This document shows, piece by piece, positions 38,326 to 48,593 of a stretch of DNA of 64,000 nt (position 1 is its first letter; each line of letters begins with the position of its first letter). A program made the position numbers and the translations under genes. This DNA comes from Myxococcota bacterium (GTDB taxonomy: Bacteria > Myxococcota_A > UBA9160 > UBA6930): NCBI GenBank assembly GCA_965223705.1, contig OZ245015.1:1120001-1184000 (forward strand), given 5' to 3'. The notes beneath the pieces are model-generated. The model was not told where the DNA came from and made no database searches. It was given only the letters and a program-made list of their open reading frames with translations.

Positions 38326-39342
38326 ATGCCGCGACTCGACTCGCGCCGGTTGGAGCGCCTGGTCCGTCGTTTTGAGGGATTGCGACTCCTGGTCGTCGGC
38401 GACGTGATGGTCGACGAATATCTCTGGGGCGACGTCGACCGCGTCAATCCCGAAGCGCCGGTGCCCGTGGTCCTCGTGACCCGAGAATCGACGGCGCTCG
38501 GCGGTGCGGGCAACGTCCTTCGCAACGCCGCCGCCTTGGGTGTCACGTGTTCGCTCTGTTCGGTCGTCGGTGAAGACGCCGCGGGAGACCGGGTCATCGA
38601 TCTACTGAAGGACCTGGGAGTCGATCCCAGCGCGGTGGTACGCGTGCCGGGCCGACCGACGACGCAGAAGACCCGCGTCGAGGCGCGCTCGCAACAGATG
38701 CTTCGCTTCGACCGCGAGACGGAAGATCCGATTCCGCGCGCGGTCGCCGCGCGACTCACCGATGCGATCGAAGCGCTGCTCCCGAAGACCGACGGCGTCA
38801 TCTTGGAGGACTACGGGAAGGGGCTCCTCACACAGGGTTTCGTCAAGGGTCTCCTGCGGCGCGCCATCGATTCCGACGTTCCGGTGACCGTCGATCCGAA
38901 GTTCGAGATCGCGATGTACCGGGGCGCGAGCCTCGTGAAACCAAACGTTCGAGAGATCGAGGCGTTTCTCGGGACGAAGATTCGCTCCCGAGACGATCTG
39001 GTGTCCGCGGGCAACCGGGTGCGGAAGAAGCTCGGCGGAAGTCCTCTGGTGGTGACGCGCGGTGCCGATGGCATGAGTGTGTTCGACGAGGGTGACGACG
39101 CTGTCGACGTGCCCGTCGCGCGCCGGAAGGTGTTCGACGTGCAGGGCGCCGGCGACACGTCGATCGTCGCTCTGACCCTCGCGAGACTCGCCGGAGCGAG
39201 TCTCGTCGAGGCTGCGATCATCGCGAACGCCGCTGCCGCCGTGGTCGTCGCCAAGGTGGGAACGGCGACGGCGACGGCCGACGAAATCGCGGCGCTGCTC
39301 CCGGATGCGGTGGCCGCGGCCAGGCGAGCGGGGCGCGCGTGA
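38326..39342 (+). CDS. rfaE1: D-glycero-beta-D-manno-heptose-7-phosphate kinase (RfaE domain I only)
   Basis: VGDVMVDEY, PEAPVPV, GGAGNV, DYGKG and DVQGAGDT PfkB motif. Confidence 0.9.
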   Translation: MPRLDSRRLERLVRRFEGLRLLVVGDVMVDEYLWGDVDRVNPEAPVPVVLVTRESTALGGAGNVLRNAAALGVTCSLCSVVGEDAAGDRVIDLLKDLGVDPSAVVRVPGRPTTQKTRVEARSQQMLRFDRETEDPIPRAVAARLTDAIEALLPKTDGVILEDYGKGLLTQGFVKGLLRRAIDSDVPVTVDPKFEIAMYRGASLVKPNVREIEAFLGTKIRSRDDLVSAGNRVRKKLGGSPLVVTRGADGMSVFDEGDDAVDVPVARRKVFDVQGAGDTSIVALTLARLAGASLVEAAIIANAAAAVVVAKVGTATATADEIAALLPDAVAAARRAGRA

Positions 39343-40223
39343 TCCGGAGCATGACCGGTTTCGGGCGCGCCACGGTTTCCGTCGGGGAGCAAGCCCTCCA
39401 AATCGAGATTCGGACGCTGAACCACCGCCACGCCGACGTGGGGGTCAGGCTCCCTCGAATTCTCCAGTCGCTCGATCACGAGCTGCGCGCAGAAGCGAAA
39501 CGCACGTTCGGTCGCGGCAAGATCGACATCAGCGCGAACCTCGTTTCCGAAGCGGCGCCGGGCGCCGTCCTGTCCATCGACACCGCCGCGGTTGCGCAGT
39601 ACGTCGAGGCAGCCGCGTCGTTCGCGGCGGACCACGGCGCCGACGGCGAGCTTCGGTCCGCCGAGCTCTTGGCGTTGCCGGGCGTGGCGAGACTCGTCGA
39701 AGGTGCGTTGCCCGAAACCGAAGCCGAGGAAGCGCTGAGGGCCGGTTTTCGCGAGGCGGCCGCGGCTGTGCAGGCGATGCGCGAGCGGGAGGGCGCGGGT
39801 CTCTACGAAGAGCTCACGTCACAGCTCGTCCGCGTTCGCGAACTGTGCGCCGCACTCGAGGCGCGTGCGGGTGACGTGGCACAGCTTGTCCGTGAAAGGC
39901 TTCGCAAGCGCGCCGAAGGGCTGCGCGACGAAACCGGCATTCTCGACGAAGCGAGACTTCATCAGGAAGTCGTGTTGGCCGCGGATCGCATGGACATCCG
40001 CGAAGAGCTCGTACGTCTCGGCAGCCATATCGATCAGTTTCGGTCGACCATCGACGGCGAGGGAGAACCGGTGGGTCGGCGGCTCGATTTTCTACTGCAA
40101 GAAATGGGACGTGAAGCGAACACGATCGGATCCAAAGCGGGCGACGCACCGCTCGCGCATCTGGTCGTCGACCTGAAGACCGAGCTCGAACGGATCCGCG
40201 AGCAGGTCCAGAACGTGGAGTAG
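39339..40223 (+). CDS. yicC: YicC/YloC family endoribonuclease
   Basis: IRSMTGFG, GRRLDFLLQEMGREANTIGSK and REQVQNVE motifs. Confidence 0.95.
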   Translation: MIRSMTGFGRATVSVGEQALQIEIRTLNHRHADVGVRLPRILQSLDHELRAEAKRTFGRGKIDISANLVSEAAPGAVLSIDTAAVAQYVEAAASFAADHGADGELRSAELLALPGVARLVEGALPETEAEEALRAGFREAAAAVQAMREREGAGLYEELTSQLVRVRELCAALEARAGDVAQLVRERLRKRAEGLRDETGILDEARLHQEVVLAADRMDIREELVRLGSHIDQFRSTIDGEGEPVGRRLDFLLQEMGREANTIGSKAGDAPLAHLVVDLKTELERIREQVQNVE

Positions 40224-40226
40224 CGC

Positions 40227-40517
40227 GTGGCCGCTTCCGAAACTCCGCGTGCGCCGGCCGTCCTCCGCATGCTCAACATCGGTTACGGAAACCTGGTCGC
40301 TGCAGAGCGGGTGGTGGCTATTGTCTCCCCGAACTCTTCGCCGATGAAACGCCTCCGCGAAGAGGCGGCCAACGCGGGGCGCTTGCTCGATGCGACCCAA
40401 GGCCGCCGTACGCGTTCGATCTTGGTGACCGACAGCCACCACATCATCCTTTCGGCGATCAACCCCGAGACCATTCAAGCGCGTCTCTCGAGTGATGCTG
40501 AGGAGGCGGGCCGGTGA
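40227..40517 (+). CDS. remA: RemA/DUF370 family protein
   Basis: [26 protein letters not shown] and ILSAINPET motifs; between yicC and gmk. Confidence 0.92.
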   Translation: MAASETPRAPAVLRMLNIGYGNLVAAERVVAIVSPNSSPMKRLREEAANAGRLLDATQGRRTRSILVTDSHHIILSAINPETIQARLSSDAEEAGR

Positions 40518-41131
40518 CCGGGCGCACCGGGATTCCGTTTGTGGTGTCAGCACCGTCCGGGACCGGGAAGACCACCGTATGCCGCGCCGTGGTCCGCGGG
40601 GATCCCCAGCTCGAGTTCTCCGTTTCTCACACCACGCGAGCTCCCCGGGCAGGTGAGACCGACGGTGTCGACTACCACTTCGTTTCGACCCGAAAATTTC
40701 GCCAGTTGATCGAAGCCGACGCCTTCGTCGAATGGGCGGAGTACGCGGCGCAGCTCTACGGAACGAGCTGGAAGTCGATCGATGGTCCGTTGCAAGAAGG
40801 GCGCGACCTCCTCCTCGAAATCGAGGTGCAGGGTGCGGCGCAGATTCGAGCCCGGCGAGACGATGCCCGCCTGATCTTTCTCCTGCCGCCGTCGGCGGAA
40901 GAGCTCGAACGACGACTTCGCGGGCGGGGAACCGACGCACCCGACGTGATCGAACGTCGTCTGGCGCTCATCCAGCGCGAGTTCGAGGCGCGTCACGGAT
41001 TCGACTACGCGGTGATCAACGACGACCTCGACGAGTGCGTTCGCTCCGTCGAATCGATTGTCGCCGCCGAGCGCGCCGGGGACGTGTCCGCGGTCCGTGA
41101 GCGCTTTGCGGTGCCGAGAAATCTCGCATAA
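40514..41131 (+). CDS. gmk: Guanylate kinase
   Basis: [10 protein letters not shown] and [22 protein letters not shown] motifs. Confidence 0.97.
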   Translation: MTGRTGIPFVVSAPSGTGKTTVCRAVVRGDPQLEFSVSHTTRAPRAGETDGVDYHFVSTRKFRQLIEADAFVEWAEYAAQLYGTSWKSIDGPLQEGRDLLLEIEVQGAAQIRARRDDARLIFLLPPSAEELERRLRGRGTDAPDVIERRLALIQREFEARHGFDYAVINDDLDECVRSVESIVAAERAGDVSAVRERFAVPRNLA

Positions 41132-41197
41132 TCGCATTTCGACTTCCCACGGGCCCTCAGCTATTTTTAGAGGGACGAAAAGTCGATAAGAATCAAG

Positions 41198-43375
41198 ATG
41201 TTGCGCTTCAACGACATCGCTGACCGCGTGCTCGAGCACGACCCGGAAGCAGATCTCCACCTGCTTCAGCGCGCGTACGTCTACACGGCGAAGGTGCACG
41301 AAGGGCAGGAGCGTCTCTCGGGCGAGCCCTATTTAGTCCATCCCCTTGAAGTCGCCGGCATCCTTGCGGACATGCGGATGGACGCCGTGACCATCGCCGC
41401 CGGTCTGCTGCACGACACGGTGGAAGACACCCACAGCACCGTCGAGGAGATCACGTCGCTCTTCGGAGACGAAGTGGGGTTTGTGGTCGAAGGGCTCACC
41501 AAGATCGCCAAGATCGAGTTCAAGTCGGCGCGCGAACGGCAAGCCGAGAATTTCCGCAAGATGTTGATCGCGATGTCGAAGGACATCCGCATCCTCCTCA
41601 TCAAACTCGCGGACCGCCTTCACAACATGCGGACCCTCGATTACATGGAGGAAGATTCCCGTCGGCGGATCGCCCAAGAAACGCTCGATATCTACGTGCC
41701 CCTCGCGCACCGTTTGGGGATCTATTGGATGCGGCAAGAGCTCGAGGAGCTCGCGTTCCGCGCGCTCAAGCCCGATGCCGCGGCGGCGATCGAGCAGCGG
41801 TTGCGCGGCAGTCACAGCCAACGCGAGCGATACATCGAGGAAGTGATCGGCATTCTCACCGAGAAACTCGAAAAGGCGAACTTGCGCGCCGACATCACGG
41901 GCCGGCTCAAAGACCTCGCGTCGATCCACAACAAGATGGAAACCCAGGGAGTCACGCTCGACGAGATCTACGACGTGATCGCGTTCCGAATGGTGCTCGA
42001 AGCCGGGCCGGACGCGGTGTACGCAGCGCTCGGAATCGTCCACGCGACCTGGTCGCCTGTGCCCGGGCGCTTCAAAGACTACGTCGCGCTGCCACGGCAA
42101 AACGGTTACCAGTCGCTCCACACGACGGTCATCGGGCCCTACGGCGAGCGGATGGAGGTGCAGATTCGCACCCGCGAAATGCACCAGAACGCGGAGTTCG
42201 GAATCGCCGCGCATTGGCGTTACAAGCAGCGCGGAGTTCCCGTAAACCCCGAAGACCACGCGAAGTTCGCTTGGCTCCGCCAGCTCGTCGAGCGGCAGGG
42301 CGAGCTCTCCGATCCACACGAGTTTTTCGACACGCTGAAAGTCGACCTCTTCCCCGACGAGGTCTTCGTCTTCACACCCAAAGGCGACGTGATCAATCTG
42401 CCCCGCGGCGCGACAGCGCTCGATTTCGCGTACGGCATTCACTCCGAAGTGGGCGATCGGTGCACCGGGGCGCGTGTCAACGGGAAGATGGTGCCTCTCC
42501 GCCACCCGCTGCAAGACGGGGATACCGTCGAAGTCGATACCCGGAACAACCAGACGCCTCGAAAAGACTGGCTCGAGTTCGTCGTGTCTGGCAAGGCGCG
42601 GAGCCGGATTCGCCACGCGATCCGAGCGGAGGAGAACGAGCGCAGCCGAGAGCTGGGACGCGCCATTCTCGAACGTGAACTGCGGCGCGTCGGGTTGTCT
42701 CTCGCGCGTGTCGAAGAACGCGGAGAGCTCGCCGACTTCGCGAAGAAGCACGCCAGCGGTTCGGTCGACGATTTGTTCGCCGCAGTTGGCTACGGGCGCG
42801 TGCCGGCCGTCAAGATCGCCCGGGCGTTGCGACCCGATTTGGAAGAGGAAGCGCCGCGGCAAGAGCCCAAGCCCGAGCCTGAGCGCCCGCGACGGCTCCC
42901 GCAGTTGTTCCGCCGCCGCGAACGCCGCACCGCGGGCACCGGCATCCGGGTCCAGGGCCAAGAAGGCGTGCTCGTGCGGTACGGCCGTTGCTGCACGCCG
43001 CTTCCCGGGGACGACATCGTCGGGTTCGTGACGCGGGGACGCGGTGTGACGATCCACCAAAAAGATTGTCGCGTGGTGTTCGAACTCGACCCCGAGAGAA
43101 GAATCGACGCGGAATGGGACACGGAGACGGCCGCCCCGAGGAAGATCCGCGTCCGAGTCACGTCCCGCGATGAGCCGGGACTCCTCGCGAAGGTGACGAA
43201 GACGATCTCTTCCGCCGGCATCAACATCGGCGCCGCCCGCATCGCAACCCACGCCGATCGCACGGCGACGCAGAACTTCGAGCTCTGGGTGACGGACCTC
43301 ACTTCTCTCACGTCGGTGATGAAGCAAATCGAGCGCATCAAGGGCATCGTTTCGGTGGAACGGGTGCGGACGTGA
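41198..43375 (+). CDS. relA: Bifunctional (p)ppGpp synthetase/hydrolase Rel
   Basis: Intact HD motif LHDTVED; synthetase NGYQSLHT and EVQIRT; TGS (VFTPKG...DFAY); CCTPLPGD; C-terminal ACT domain. Confidence 0.96.
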   Translation: MLRFNDIADRVLEHDPEADLHLLQRAYVYTAKVHEGQERLSGEPYLVHPLEVAGILADMRMDAVTIAAGLLHDTVEDTHSTVEEITSLFGDEVGFVVEGLTKIAKIEFKSARERQAENFRKMLIAMSKDIRILLIKLADRLHNMRTLDYMEEDSRRRIAQETLDIYVPLAHRLGIYWMRQELEELAFRALKPDAAAAIEQRLRGSHSQRERYIEEVIGILTEKLEKANLRADITGRLKDLASIHNKMETQGVTLDEIYDVIAFRMVLEAGPDAVYAALGIVHATWSPVPGRFKDYVALPRQNGYQSLHTTVIGPYGERMEVQIRTREMHQNAEFGIAAHWRYKQRGVPVNPEDHAKFAWLRQLVERQGELSDPHEFFDTLKVDLFPDEVFVFTPKGDVINLPRGATALDFAYGIHSEVGDRCTGARVNGKMVPLRHPLQDGDTVEVDTRNNQTPRKDWLEFVVSGKARSRIRHAIRAEENERSRELGRAILERELRRVGLSLARVEERGELADFAKKHASGSVDDLFAAVGYGRVPAVKIARALRPDLEEEAPRQEPKPEPERPRRLPQLFRRRERRTAGTGIRVQGQEGVLVRYGRCCTPLPGDDIVGFVTRGRGVTIHQKDCRVVFELDPERRIDAEWDTETAAPRKIRVRVTSRDEPGLLAKVTKTISSAGINIGAARIATHADRTATQNFELWVTDLTSLTSVMKQIERIKGIVSVERVRT

Positions 43376-43382
43376 GCCGCAG

Positions 43383-44162
43383 ATGAGCGTACCCATCACG
43401 GCCTGCACGATGGCGCATCGCGAGAAGAGGCTCTTGCAGCGCGCGTTAGCTTCCCTCGAATGGGCAGACGAAGTGGTGGCGGTGATCGATCCGACCGGTG
43501 ATCCCGAAACCGAAGCCATCGCGCGGGCGAGCGGCGCGCGCGTCGTGATGCACGCGTACCCGGGCGATATCGAGCAGAAGCGCTTTACCGTAGGCCAAGC
43601 GACCAACGATTGGGTGCTCTACATCGACGCGGACGAAGAAGTGACGGAAGAATTGGCCGAGGAGATCCGCGAGTTTCTGAAGGGGGTCGACGACGACGTC
43701 GCGGGTTGTGAGATCTCACGCCTGACATGGCATCTCGGGCGCTGGATACTTCACGGCGATTTCAATCCCGATCGCTTGGTTCGCTGTTTTCGCAAGAGCC
43801 GCACGCGGGTCGAAGGCACGAATCCACACGGCCGTTTCGTCGTCGATGGACGCGTCGAGTCGTTCGCCGAGGTGATCGCGCACTACAGCTACCGCGACCT
43901 CGCGGATCAGGTCGAGCGGATCCAGTCTTTTAGCGAGATCTCCCATCGCGCGTTGCTCGCCGAGGGAAGGTCGGCGCGGCTGTCGGACATCGTGGTGCGC
44001 CCGTTCGCGCGTTTCTTGCGCGGTTACGTCTTGAAACAGGGTTTTCGCGACGGGTTGCCCGGATTCATGATCGCTGCGTCGAGCGCGTTCCACGTGTTTC
44101 TCAAGTACGCAAAGCTTTGGGAAGCGCGCCTGCCGGAGATTCACCGAGCGCCCCCTCTGTGA
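43383..44162 (+). CDS. GT2 glycosyltransferase (WaaE/KdtX-like)
   Basis: WADEVV, WVLYIDADE, HYSY and GFRDGLPG...KYAKLWE motifs. Confidence 0.88.
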   Translation: MSVPITACTMAHREKRLLQRALASLEWADEVVAVIDPTGDPETEAIARASGARVVMHAYPGDIEQKRFTVGQATNDWVLYIDADEEVTEELAEEIREFLKGVDDDVAGCEISRLTWHLGRWILHGDFNPDRLVRCFRKSRTRVEGTNPHGRFVVDGRVESFAEVIAHYSYRDLADQVERIQSFSEISHRALLAEGRSARLSDIVVRPFARFLRGYVLKQGFRDGLPGFMIAASSAFHVFLKYAKLWEARLPEIHRAPPL

Positions 44163-44169
44163 ATCCCCG

Positions 44170-45309
44170 ATGAACATCCTCCAGCTGACCAGCGATTGGA
44201 AGTGGACCGGGCCGGCGGAGCCGATGGTGCGTCTCGCGCGCGGGCTCAAGGAAGCGGGACACCGCGTGTGGGTCGCCGCCCCCGAACCACCGGAGCCCGT
44301 CAAGCGATCCCTCGCGGAAGAGACGGCGCGCGCGGGTTTCCCTCTCTCCTTGACGATCGACTACGCGCACGGCACCCGACCGCTTCGCGACCGACGCGAC
44401 ATCGGACGCTTGCGGGAGTTCGTCGCCCGGCGCGATATCGAGCTCGTCCAGACCTGGCACACGCGGGACCACATGCTCGCCTGGCGCGCGCTCGGATTGC
44501 GCGCGACGCGGCGAAGGGCCGCCTTGGTGCGTTGGTACAAAACCGCCGAGGCGATCTCTCACCGCCTGCACAATCGTGTGTTGTACGGAGCCGGGTGCGA
44601 TGGGTTGCTGTGCGTCTCTCCGAAAATCGCGGAGCGCAACCGCGGTTTGTGTCACGGGCCGGTCGCGGGCGTTTTCGGCGCGGTCGACACTGAGGTGTTT
44701 GCCCCCGCGCCGAAAAATCCGCAAGTCTTGAGCTCGCTCGGTTTGTCTCCGGAGCACCGCGTCGTCGGCATCGTCGCGCGCGGGCAACGCAAGCGGCGTT
44801 TCCCTTTGCTCCTCGAGGCGGCGAAGCGATTGTTCGAGCGTGACCCCGACGCACGTCTGCTGATCATCGGACGCGGCACGCACCGTCGAGAAGTCGCGGA
44901 GGAGCCCGCGCGCGAGCTCGGGATCGCGGATCGTGTGGTGTTTGCCGGCTATCGCGTCGACGACTACCTCGACGTCGTGCGGTGCATCGACGTCTTCACG
45001 TTTTTGGTCCCGGGAAGCGACGGGACGTGTCGCGCGCTGCTCGAAGCCCTCTCGCTGGGTATGCCCGCGGTGACGACGCGCCGTGGAGCGCTCCCCGAGA
45101 TTGTTCGACATGGCGTGACAGGCTACGCGGTCGGGGAAGATCCCGACGCGCTGGCCGGCCACTGGCAGGAGCTCCTCGCGGATCCGGCGCGGCGTGCGCG
45201 GTTTGGAGAGGCGGCGCGGGACGATGCCCTGCGGCGCTTTGGCATCCCCCGATTTGCCGAGGAGGTCGGAGCGTTCTACGGCCGCGTTCTTGCGAGCCGC
45301 CGCTCCTAG
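44170..45309 (+). CDS. GT4 glycosyltransferase
   Basis: GT-B fold pattern, DGTCRALLEAL...GALPEIV. Confidence 0.85.
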   Translation: MNILQLTSDWKWTGPAEPMVRLARGLKEAGHRVWVAAPEPPEPVKRSLAEETARAGFPLSLTIDYAHGTRPLRDRRDIGRLREFVARRDIELVQTWHTRDHMLAWRALGLRATRRRAALVRWYKTAEAISHRLHNRVLYGAGCDGLLCVSPKIAERNRGLCHGPVAGVFGAVDTEVFAPAPKNPQVLSSLGLSPEHRVVGIVARGQRKRRFPLLLEAAKRLFERDPDARLLIIGRGTHRREVAEEPARELGIADRVVFAGYRVDDYLDVVRCIDVFTFLVPGSDGTCRALLEALSLGMPAVTTRRGALPEIVRHGVTGYAVGEDPDALAGHWQELLADPARRARFGEAARDDALRRFGIPRFAEEVGAFYGRVLASRRS

Positions 45310-47180
45310 CGATCCCCCTGCAGCGCGACCAGTTCGCGGTAGAGCCCTTCGCGTGCGACGAGCTCTTCGTGCTTGCCCATCGCCAGGACGCGACCGTGAT
45401 CGAGGACGAGAATCTTGTCGGCGTTCCGGATCGTCGACAGCCGATGCGCGATCACGAACACCGTGCGCCCCGACAACATGCCCTCGATCGCTTCCTGGAC
45501 GAGGCGTTCGCTCTTCGCGTCGAGAGCGCTCGTCGCCTCGTCAAAAATGAGGAGCGCCGGGTTCTTCACGATGGCACGCGCGATCGTGACGCGCTGCCGC
45601 TGTCCCCCCGACAGTGCGCCACCGGCCTCACCCACCGGCGTATCGAGCCCTTCGGGCAAACGATCCGCGAACTCCATGACGTGGGCCGCCTCGGCCGCGC
45701 GTTCGATCTCCGCGGGAGACGCGTCGGGACGGCCGTAGCGGATATTGTCGCGGATGGTCCCCTCGAGGAGCAGTGGTTCTTGGGTGACGACGGCGATGTG
45801 CTCCATGAGCGAGCGCCGTGCCATGCCGCGAAGGTCGCGTCCGTCGAATTCGATCGAGCCGCCGTCGGGGTCGTAGAATCGGACCAAGAGGTCGGCGAGG
45901 GTGGTCTTTCCCGACCCTGTCCGGCCGACGATGGCGACGACTTCTCCGGCCCGGACTTCGAACGAGACGTCTTCGAGGACCGGCTCTCGGCCGTACCCGA
46001 AGTGAAGATTCTGGACGCGGATCCGGTCGTTGAGAGAAAAGGGTGTCGCATCGGCGGTGTCAGCGGTTTCGGCGGGTTTATCGAGAAGCTCGAAGAAACG
46101 GTCGGCGGCCGGCAAGGCATCCATGAAGCCGTTCCACCCACGGGTCAGGTCCTTCACCGGCCGATAGACGCTCGCCATCACGCCGACAAATGCGATCAAG
46201 GAGCCCGGTGTGAGACCCCACGCGCCGCGATAGACGAGCCAACCGCCGAGCAGCAGGACCCCGACGCCGACGACATTGTTGACGCCTTCGACGACCGTGC
46301 GCGAGAGAGCGCGGTTGAGGACGACTTTCATGCTGCGGCGAAACAGTCGCCGATTGTGCTTCGCAAAGGAGTCCGATTCGATCCGTTCCGCACCGAACGC
46401 CTTGATGACCTTCATGCTCGACAGGATCTCGACGAGTCGCTGGGTGACGTCGCCGAAACTCTCTTGGCGCTTCATGGCGTCGCGCCGAATGCGACGCCCG
46501 AAAAACGCGATCGCGCCGGCGATGACCGGCGCGGTCAAAAGAACGAGCAGTGTGAGCTGCCACGAGATCGCAAAAAGGAGAACGCCGCCGGTCAGCAGGG
46601 ACAACGCGCCGAGCAGGACATCCCCGAACAGCATTTCGAGGGCCAAGTGCGCCCGCGTCGCGTCGTTCGTCGCCCGGGACAGGAGCTCGCCGCGCGTGGT
46701 GCTCTTGTGTGAGCGCAGGGGCAGGCACAAGAGCTTCTCGCAGAGGCCCTGCTGCATGTCGACGAGAACGCGTCCCAGGACGTAACGGATGAGATAGCTC
46801 TGGCCGAAGTGCGCCAGCGGGACGAGCATGACCACAAAGAGGAGCGCGCCCGCCGCGTGCTGGAAATTCTCGGCGACCCGAGCGTCGAAAGCCTCCGGCG
46901 TCGCAGGACCTTCGGGCTCGGCAACGTCCGCCTCGGTCTCTATTCCGGGAACCCAGTCGAGCCAGCCCAACCGAGCGGGGATCTCACGTTCACCGCTACC
47001 CAGCTGGATGCCGATGCCGTCCATGATGGGTTTCATCAGATAGGCACGGCCGGCGCGCGCGCCGGCGTACGCAACCGCACAGAGCACGGTGATGAGGAGC
47101 AGCCCGACGTAGGGCCGAACGTACCGTGACAACCGGAGGCCTGTGGCGAGCTTTTCGTTCGTCGGCTGCGAAGATCCCAT
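45306..47180 (-). CDS. msbA: MsbA-like lipid A flippase ABC transporter
   Basis: TM domain plus NBD (GRTGSGKTT, LSGGQRQR, DEATSALD, IAHRLSTI); lies in the LPS cluster. Confidence 0.82.
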   Translation of the reverse strand: MGSSQPTNEKLATGLRLSRYVRPYVGLLLITVLCAVAYAGARAGRAYLMKPIMDGIGIQLGSGEREIPARLGWLDWVPGIETEADVAEPEGPATPEAFDARVAENFQHAAGALLFVVMLVPLAHFGQSYLIRYVLGRVLVDMQQGLCEKLLCLPLRSHKSTTRGELLSRATNDATRAHLALEMLFGDVLLGALSLLTGGVLLFAISWQLTLLVLLTAPVIAGAIAFFGRRIRRDAMKRQESFGDVTQRLVEILSSMKVIKAFGAERIESDSFAKHNRRLFRRSMKVVLNRALSRTVVEGVNNVVGVGVLLLGGWLVYRGAWGLTPGSLIAFVGVMASVYRPVKDLTRGWNGFMDALPAADRFFELLDKPAETADTADATPFSLNDRIRVQNLHFGYGREPVLEDVSFEVRAGEVVAIVGRTGSGKTTLADLLVRFYDPDGGSIEFDGRDLRGMARRSLMEHIAVVTQEPLLLEGTIRDNIRYGRPDASPAEIERAAEAAHVMEFADRLPEGLDTPVGEAGGALSGGQRQRVTIARAIVKNPALLIFDEATSALDAKSERLVQEAIEGMLSGRTVFVIAHRLSTIRNADKILVLDHGRVLAMGKHEELVAREGLYRELVALQGDR

Positions 47181-47216
47181 CCGGTTTGAGCTTAGCCGCC
47201 GGTCGAGGGAGAGCGA

Positions 47217-48593
47217 CTAGGGCGTCGGCGCTACGGCGTCCGCGCCGCGCCAGCCGAGAAGGGCGTCGCCTTCGACCCCGAGCCCACCCAGTCGTCCGCG
47301 ACGCAGCGCGAACACGGGAAGCTTGCCGGGAATGCGGAGTTCGGTCGCGGCCGGGAGTCGAGGCGTGTCGGGCGTTTGCTCGATCGCGCCGGGCGTATCC
47401 CAGACGGACGGGCGGCTGTACGCCACGCGCTCGAGGCGGTCCTCGCAAAACGGGAAGAAGTCGCGAATTGCACCCTCGATTTCGTCCGCGATCGGCCCGG
47501 TCTCGGCATCGGCGGGGAAAAGACCGCGCGCGTGAAGCAACGTCGCTCCCGGCGCTCGCTCGGAAGGGAAGAGGGAAAGGGCGAGCGGGACCGGCGCGCG
47601 TCGCGTCGCGAGAATCGATCGCGCGGCCAGCGCCTCGGGGAACAGCTCGGCGTCACCTTGGAAAATCACGGCGACTTGTTGCGGTCCGAGAGGGCCGTCC
47701 TCGAATCCGCGGGGCAAGGTGCTTCCCCAATCTTCGAGGGCGCGCATCACGTTCGGAACGGGCGTGTTGATTACGAGCGCTCGTCCGAGCCACGCTTCGC
47801 CGCTCGCGCGCAGGGCAATCCCGGGATGGCCGCCGACTTCGACGAGCTCGAAGGAGCCCGAAAGTCGCCGCACTTCGCCGTGCACGCGTTCGACGCGCTT
47901 CTGAAGGAGTCCGAGGAGAGACGTTCCCGGTCGTCCGAAGTAGACGCCACCGCCCAAGCCGGCGCAGAGGTGGCGCGCATCGCTCTCCTGTCCCGCCAGC
48001 TGAATCAGGGACTGGGCGTCGATTTGGGCGGACACAAACGCCGCGAGATCGGGCGAGAGGGTCCGCAGCGCACCGGGCGCCGGAGGGAGCTGCGGCGAGG
48101 CGGAGCTGCGACCCGCGCCGCGTCGCGAGCTCGCCCGCACCCAGTTCCCGGTGAGCAGCGCCCGGGATTGGCCCTTCACGGCATCGTCGAGTTCGCGCAT
48201 CAGCGCCCGCGCTTCGTCGGGTTTCGCGACGCCGTAGGCGACGAGATCATCGACGGTCGCGTTCGGATGCCCGATGTCGATCCGGGCCTCGTCGAGCAGC
48301 ACTTGATAGGTCACCGGGCTCGACTCGAGGCCCCGCCGGTCTACCGGAGTCACGCCGCAGGCTTTCAAGGCTTCGTCGAGGGGACCCCCAGACGGACAGG
48401 AAGAAAAGAACGGCTCGTTGAGCAGAGGAAACTCTCGGTTCGGGGCATCTTCCTCGACGATCAGAACGCGAAGTCCCAAGGATCCCAGCCGGGCGGCGGC
48501 GAACCACCCCGGAAGCGCACTGCCCAAGATGAGGACGTCCCATCGGCGCGCCCGCCAGCTCCCGGCGGTTCCCCGCAGAGAGAGCCGCCTCAC
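47217..48593 (-). CDS. Degenerate FAD/NAD(P)-binding fold protein (phytoene-dehydrogenase-like)
   Basis: WDVLILGSALPGWFAAARLGSLGLRVLIVEE; C-terminal LGVEGDALLG; GTG overlaps the purM stop. Confidence 0.6.
   Translation of the reverse strand: MRRLSLRGTAGSWRARRWDVLILGSALPGWFAAARLGSLGLRVLIVEEDAPNREFPLLNEPFFSSCPSGGPLDEALKACGVTPVDRRGLESSPVTYQVLLDEARIDIGHPNATVDDLVAYGVAKPDEARALMRELDDAVKGQSRALLTGNWVRASSRRGAGRSSASPQLPPAPGALRTLSPDLAAFVSAQIDAQSLIQLAGQESDARHLCAGLGGGVYFGRPGTSLLGLLQKRVERVHGEVRRLSGSFELVEVGGHPGIALRASGEAWLGRALVINTPVPNVMRALEDWGSTLPRGFEDGPLGPQQVAVIFQGDAELFPEALAARSILATRRAPVPLALSLFPSERAPGATLLHARGLFPADAETGPIADEIEGAIRDFFPFCEDRLERVAYSRPSVWDTPGAIEQTPDTPRLPAATELRIPGKLPVFALRRGRLGGLGVEGDALLGWRGADAVAPTP

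Noticed and set aside
41163..41189. Third sigma28-like site upstream of rel (GTCGATAA)
   Set aside because: There is no acceptable -35 element at 15-nt spacing.
41333..43606. 757-aa antisense ORF (likewise 1459-3438, 7475-9361, 18643-20172, 27688-29556, 54231-55760)
   Set aside because: These lie opposite well-supported genes and have no recognisable motifs; long stop-free antisense frames are expected in GC-rich DNA.
44982..46712. 576-aa plus-strand ORF
   Set aside because: It is the antisense shadow of msbA.
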